64,000 nt of DNA from Felis catus (Eukaryota). Made by a program: the position numbers and the translations under genes. The notes under the pieces were generated by a model that ran no database searches, had not been told where the DNA came from, and saw nothing but the letters and a program-made list of their open reading frames with translations. The DNA lies in contig NC_058368.1 of NCBI RefSeq assembly GCF_018350175.1, forward strand, positions 23,438,001 through 23,502,000, given 5' to 3'. Positions within the stretch are counted from its first letter, which is position 1, and each line of letters opens with the position of its first letter. Positions 60,751-64,000 of this stretch are shown here, in pieces.

Positions 60751-61261
60751 AAACTTTTTAATCCATTATCCATTTTGGAGTATCAAGGATAAAATGTCTT
60801 TGTTAATTGTGTTACCTGCTAATTTTATTTGTTTCATTTCGGTTTCCTACTTTGTTACTATTGGTTTTGTTTGTGTATTAACATCAAGAATTTTGGGTGG
60901 TAAATTCTGTGTAAGCAGATTTTCTTAAATCCCTTCATCTCATACATACTTTTATGTTTACAGAAAATTAAAAATACATGCTTTTAAATTAATATTTAGT
61001 AAACCTCTACAATGTATTTGGCACAATCCTATGTGATGGGGCTACAAAGCAAGAGACACAGAAATGGTTCCTGCCTTCATAAAGTTTATGTTTTATTGGA
61101 AGAATCAGATAATAACAATGAAATACAGTTTTGAAATTACACACTTGAATAACTGCATGAAGAAAATAAATAAGTTGCTGCTATCTAGGAGTAACTAGAT
61201 CTTTTCTAGCAAAGTCTTTTGAGGAGTTAGCATTTAAACTGAGATTTAAAAGATGAGAAGC

Positions 61262-61478
61262 GGGGCGCCTGAGTAGCTCAGTCAGTTGGGCGTCCAGCTT
61301 CGGCTCAGGGTATGATCTTGTGGTTTGTGAATTCCAGGCACACGTGGGGCTCTGTGCTGACAGCTCAGAGCCTGGAGCCTACTTCGGATTCTGTGTCTCC
61401 TTCTCTCTCTGCCCCTCCCCCACTTGTGCTCTGTCTTTCTCTATCAAAAATAAATAAATGTAAAAAAAAATTGTAAAA
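61262..61478 (+). mobile_element. CanSINE followed by a SINE 5' fragment (61495-61600)
   Basis: TSD aaaagatgagaag on both sides. Confidence 0.93.
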
Positions 61479-61692
61479 AAAGATGAGAAGGTGAGGGGCA
61501 ACTGGGTGGCTCACTTGGTTATGACTCTTGATCCCAGTTCAGGTCTTGATCTTGGGGTTGTGAGTTCAAGCCCTGTGTTGGGCTCTGTGCTAGGCATGAA
61601 GGTTATGTAAAGAGATAGGTAGATGAGAATGTGCAAATTTAATCTCATCACTTTAGAACTGGATGAGTTCTGTTGGTGCAGAATTTTGTTTG

Positions 61693-61696
<4 letters not shown>

Positions 61697-61735
<39 letters not shown>
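61697..61735. repeat. (TG)n microsatellite
   Basis: Perfect dinucleotide run of about 19 units. Confidence 0.95.
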
Positions 61736-61739
<4 letters not shown>

Positions 61740-62849
61740 AAAATATGGATTGGATAGGAATTGGGTTCAGAAATGAATGCAAACAAAAATATCTTGGATT
61801 TCAAGAGACTGAAAGAAAATATAATTAACAAAAAGTGTATATAATCTTGTGATAACTTGGATAGGAATTGTATGGTATAATACTATGTCAACAATTCTTA
61901 GGTTAAGAAAAAAGATACTTAAAAATAATAGAGACATTGAGTCCCATCTAGTACATGTTGGCCATATATATACTTATTTATGAGAGCAGAGTGAAGATAT
62001 TTCTGAAACTGCTTTGTATAACTATCTCCCTCTGCATCTCTTCCTTTTTTTTCTGCAATTGTTCTGCTGGCTTTTATTAAGCCATAGATATTTCACCCCA
62101 CTGTGAATCTAAATCTTTTGCTCCGGTTATTTCTACACACCTGCACTGAATTTTAGAACAGAGGTCAGTATACATTCTGGGAACACCACAAAGAAAATAA
62201 AATTTTCTCTTACTTTGGCTTGAACTTTTTTTTTTCCAGTCAGTTTCCAGAGTGTTTGTTTCTCAGGCATTTTCTCTTGATGGCAAAAGTCTGTCTCCCA
62301 AAAGCATGTTTGGAACTGAAAGTGCATTTGTCTTGAAAGGCTGGCGCCATCTTAAGTGTAAATGTGTGCTTTGTGAACATTAGTAGTTGTTGAGAAAGAC
62401 AAATAATGGAGATTGTGTGTATGAGTTCTCTGTGTCTGTATGTGGGAGAGGGAGAGGGAAGTGGGAGGAAGATTAGAAGGGAGTCAGGAGGAAGAAGCAG
62501 AAGAGAAGTAAGGAGAGAAAAAGGACGTTGTTTGAGACAGTTGATAAACAGAAATCAGTTTGACCTGAAGCAGGTGCCAGAGTTACAAAGACCATCACAA
62601 TAGAACTATATGTACTGATGAGACAGGAAATGATGGGAGAAGGGGACCACTTAGAGGAATCTTGTCAGATAGACAGGAAGGTACCAGAGAAGAAAACTAG
62701 GAACGATATAGTCCTCCTTTTCTGGGCTATGTTCTAGAAAAAGTGGCTAACTCAAGCTCCTTGTGACAATGGGTTTAATGATTCAGGAGCCAACTTTTTC
62801 AGGACTAGGATCTAGATAAGCAGCTAGATACCTGGAGTGTTGTTTTATT

Positions 62850-64000
62850 TTTCCTTTTAGTTAAGTTTTTAATTTTAATTCCAGTATAGTTAACATATGG
62901 TGTTATATTAGTTTCAGGTGTACGATATAGTCATTCAACAATTCTATACATTTCTCAGTGCTCCTCATGATAAGGATACTCTTAATCCCCTTCATCTATT
63001 TCACCCATTCCCCCACCCACCTCACCTCTGATATGCTTTATTTTAAACAAGTACCCTTACTTAAGGTTTTTTCTTTCAACAAGATCAATTTTTACTTGAA
63101 GCATACTTCAGAATACATGATTCTAAAAGATACATTTAAAATATTCCATCCAAGAAAGATGGAATACACACTTTCTTCTAGAACACATGGAAGAATCCCC
63201 TGGTTAACTCACATAATAAGAAACACAACAAATAGTACACATTTAAGAAGATTGAAATCAAATCATTCTAATCACAATGGCACACAACTAAAGATCAACA
63301 ATAAAACAAAGCCGGAAAATTTACAGGATAAATATTAAATATTTAACATATTAATATTAAACATCACACTACTACATAAGCAATGGGCCAAATAAATCAA
63401 ATGGAAAATCAGAATAGGTCTCAAAAGAAAAACACAATATTTCAAAACCTATGGGATGTAGCAAAAGCAGATGTTAGAGTGAAATTTATCATATAAATGC
63501 TTGTATTAAGTTGTTTATTTGAACTTTTTTTCTTAACATTATAACACAAGGAACTAGAAAAAGAAGAAACTTAGCTGAAATTTAGCAGAGGAAGGAAATA
63601 AAAGAAAATTCAGAAATAAAATAGAGATCAGAATAAACAAATACATAACATTGAACATAGTGACCAGTTTTTCCAAAAAAAAATAAGCAAAATTGGCAAT
63701 GCTTTAACTACATTAAAAAAAGGAACAGAGAAGCCTCAAAAACCAAAATGAGAAATGGAAGACAGTCATCAGATAAACACAATGTGATAACAAGTTACTA
63801 TAAACAATTATATACTAATAAATCAGATAACTTAGAAAAAAACCAGACAATTCCTAAAAATGCACAAGTTGCCATGAATATTTAATCCAAGAAATAGCAA
63901 ATCTCCTTAGACAATAACAAGAATGAAAGTTGAGTTAGGAATCAAAAATCTCCCAGCACAGAGAAGCCCACGACCACATGGTTTCACTGGTGAATACTAC
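62850..64000. mobile_element. L1 3' end (- strand, 62850-63030) followed by a decayed L1 ORF2 fragment (+ strand, ~63110-64000, running off the window)
   Basis: tttaattccagtatagttaacata... 3' end; then FHPRKMEYTLSSRTHG and gatggtttcactggtgaa-like ORF2 motifs. Confidence 0.8.

Larger units (their letters stand above)
51330..62315 (-). pseudogene. Candidate decayed multi-exon gene M1 (3' part; the 5' end may lie beyond the window). Putative exons 62315-62214, 62140-61974, 61808-~61605, 60214-60136, 60048-59923, 59413-59355, 58557-58449, 58058-57801, 52982-52661 (SINE-interrupted), 51729-51659, 51575-~51330
   Basis: Canonical splice sites for most exons, with three single-base-degenerate sites and three short 73-87-nt introns. 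In the frame fixed by splicing, three exons are open (including a 258-bp exon) and four have one stop. Terminal TAA at 51457-51455, AATAAA at 51347-51342. Confidence 0.6.

Noticed and set aside
51330..62315. Naming M1 as RGS22 or RGSL1, or M2 as SFI1
   Set aside because: Only vague motif-level resemblance. The peptides and neighbouring sequence do not match what I recall of those genes, so no symbol is assigned.

Overview
Mammalian, felid-type (probably domestic cat) repeat-rich genomic DNA, identified by about 22 carnivore tRNA-derived CanSINEs including five young SINEC_Fc-type copies. No intact protein-coding gene is visible, and nearly all ORFs in the track come from SINE, L1, LTR or ERV sequence. 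The centre (about 22.7-43.6 kb) is a nested stack: an old L2 interrupted by a Tc2/Kanga-like DNA transposon and two long, divergently oriented carnivore L1s, with further L1s and SINEs inside them. The most notable signal is in the non-repeat islands, where I read by eye three chains of exon-like segments bounded by canonical or singly mutated splice signals. One is on + (19-12500) and two are on - (about 13900-21000, possibly to 46900, and 51330-62315). Each splices into a frame with premature stops and ends near an AATAAA. These look like remnants of three neighbouring decayed multi-exon genes or spliced lncRNAs derived from them. I cannot name them, and they need homology searches. Repeat subfamily names come from recalled consensus similarity, not from a RepeatMasker run, and repeat boundaries are approximate.
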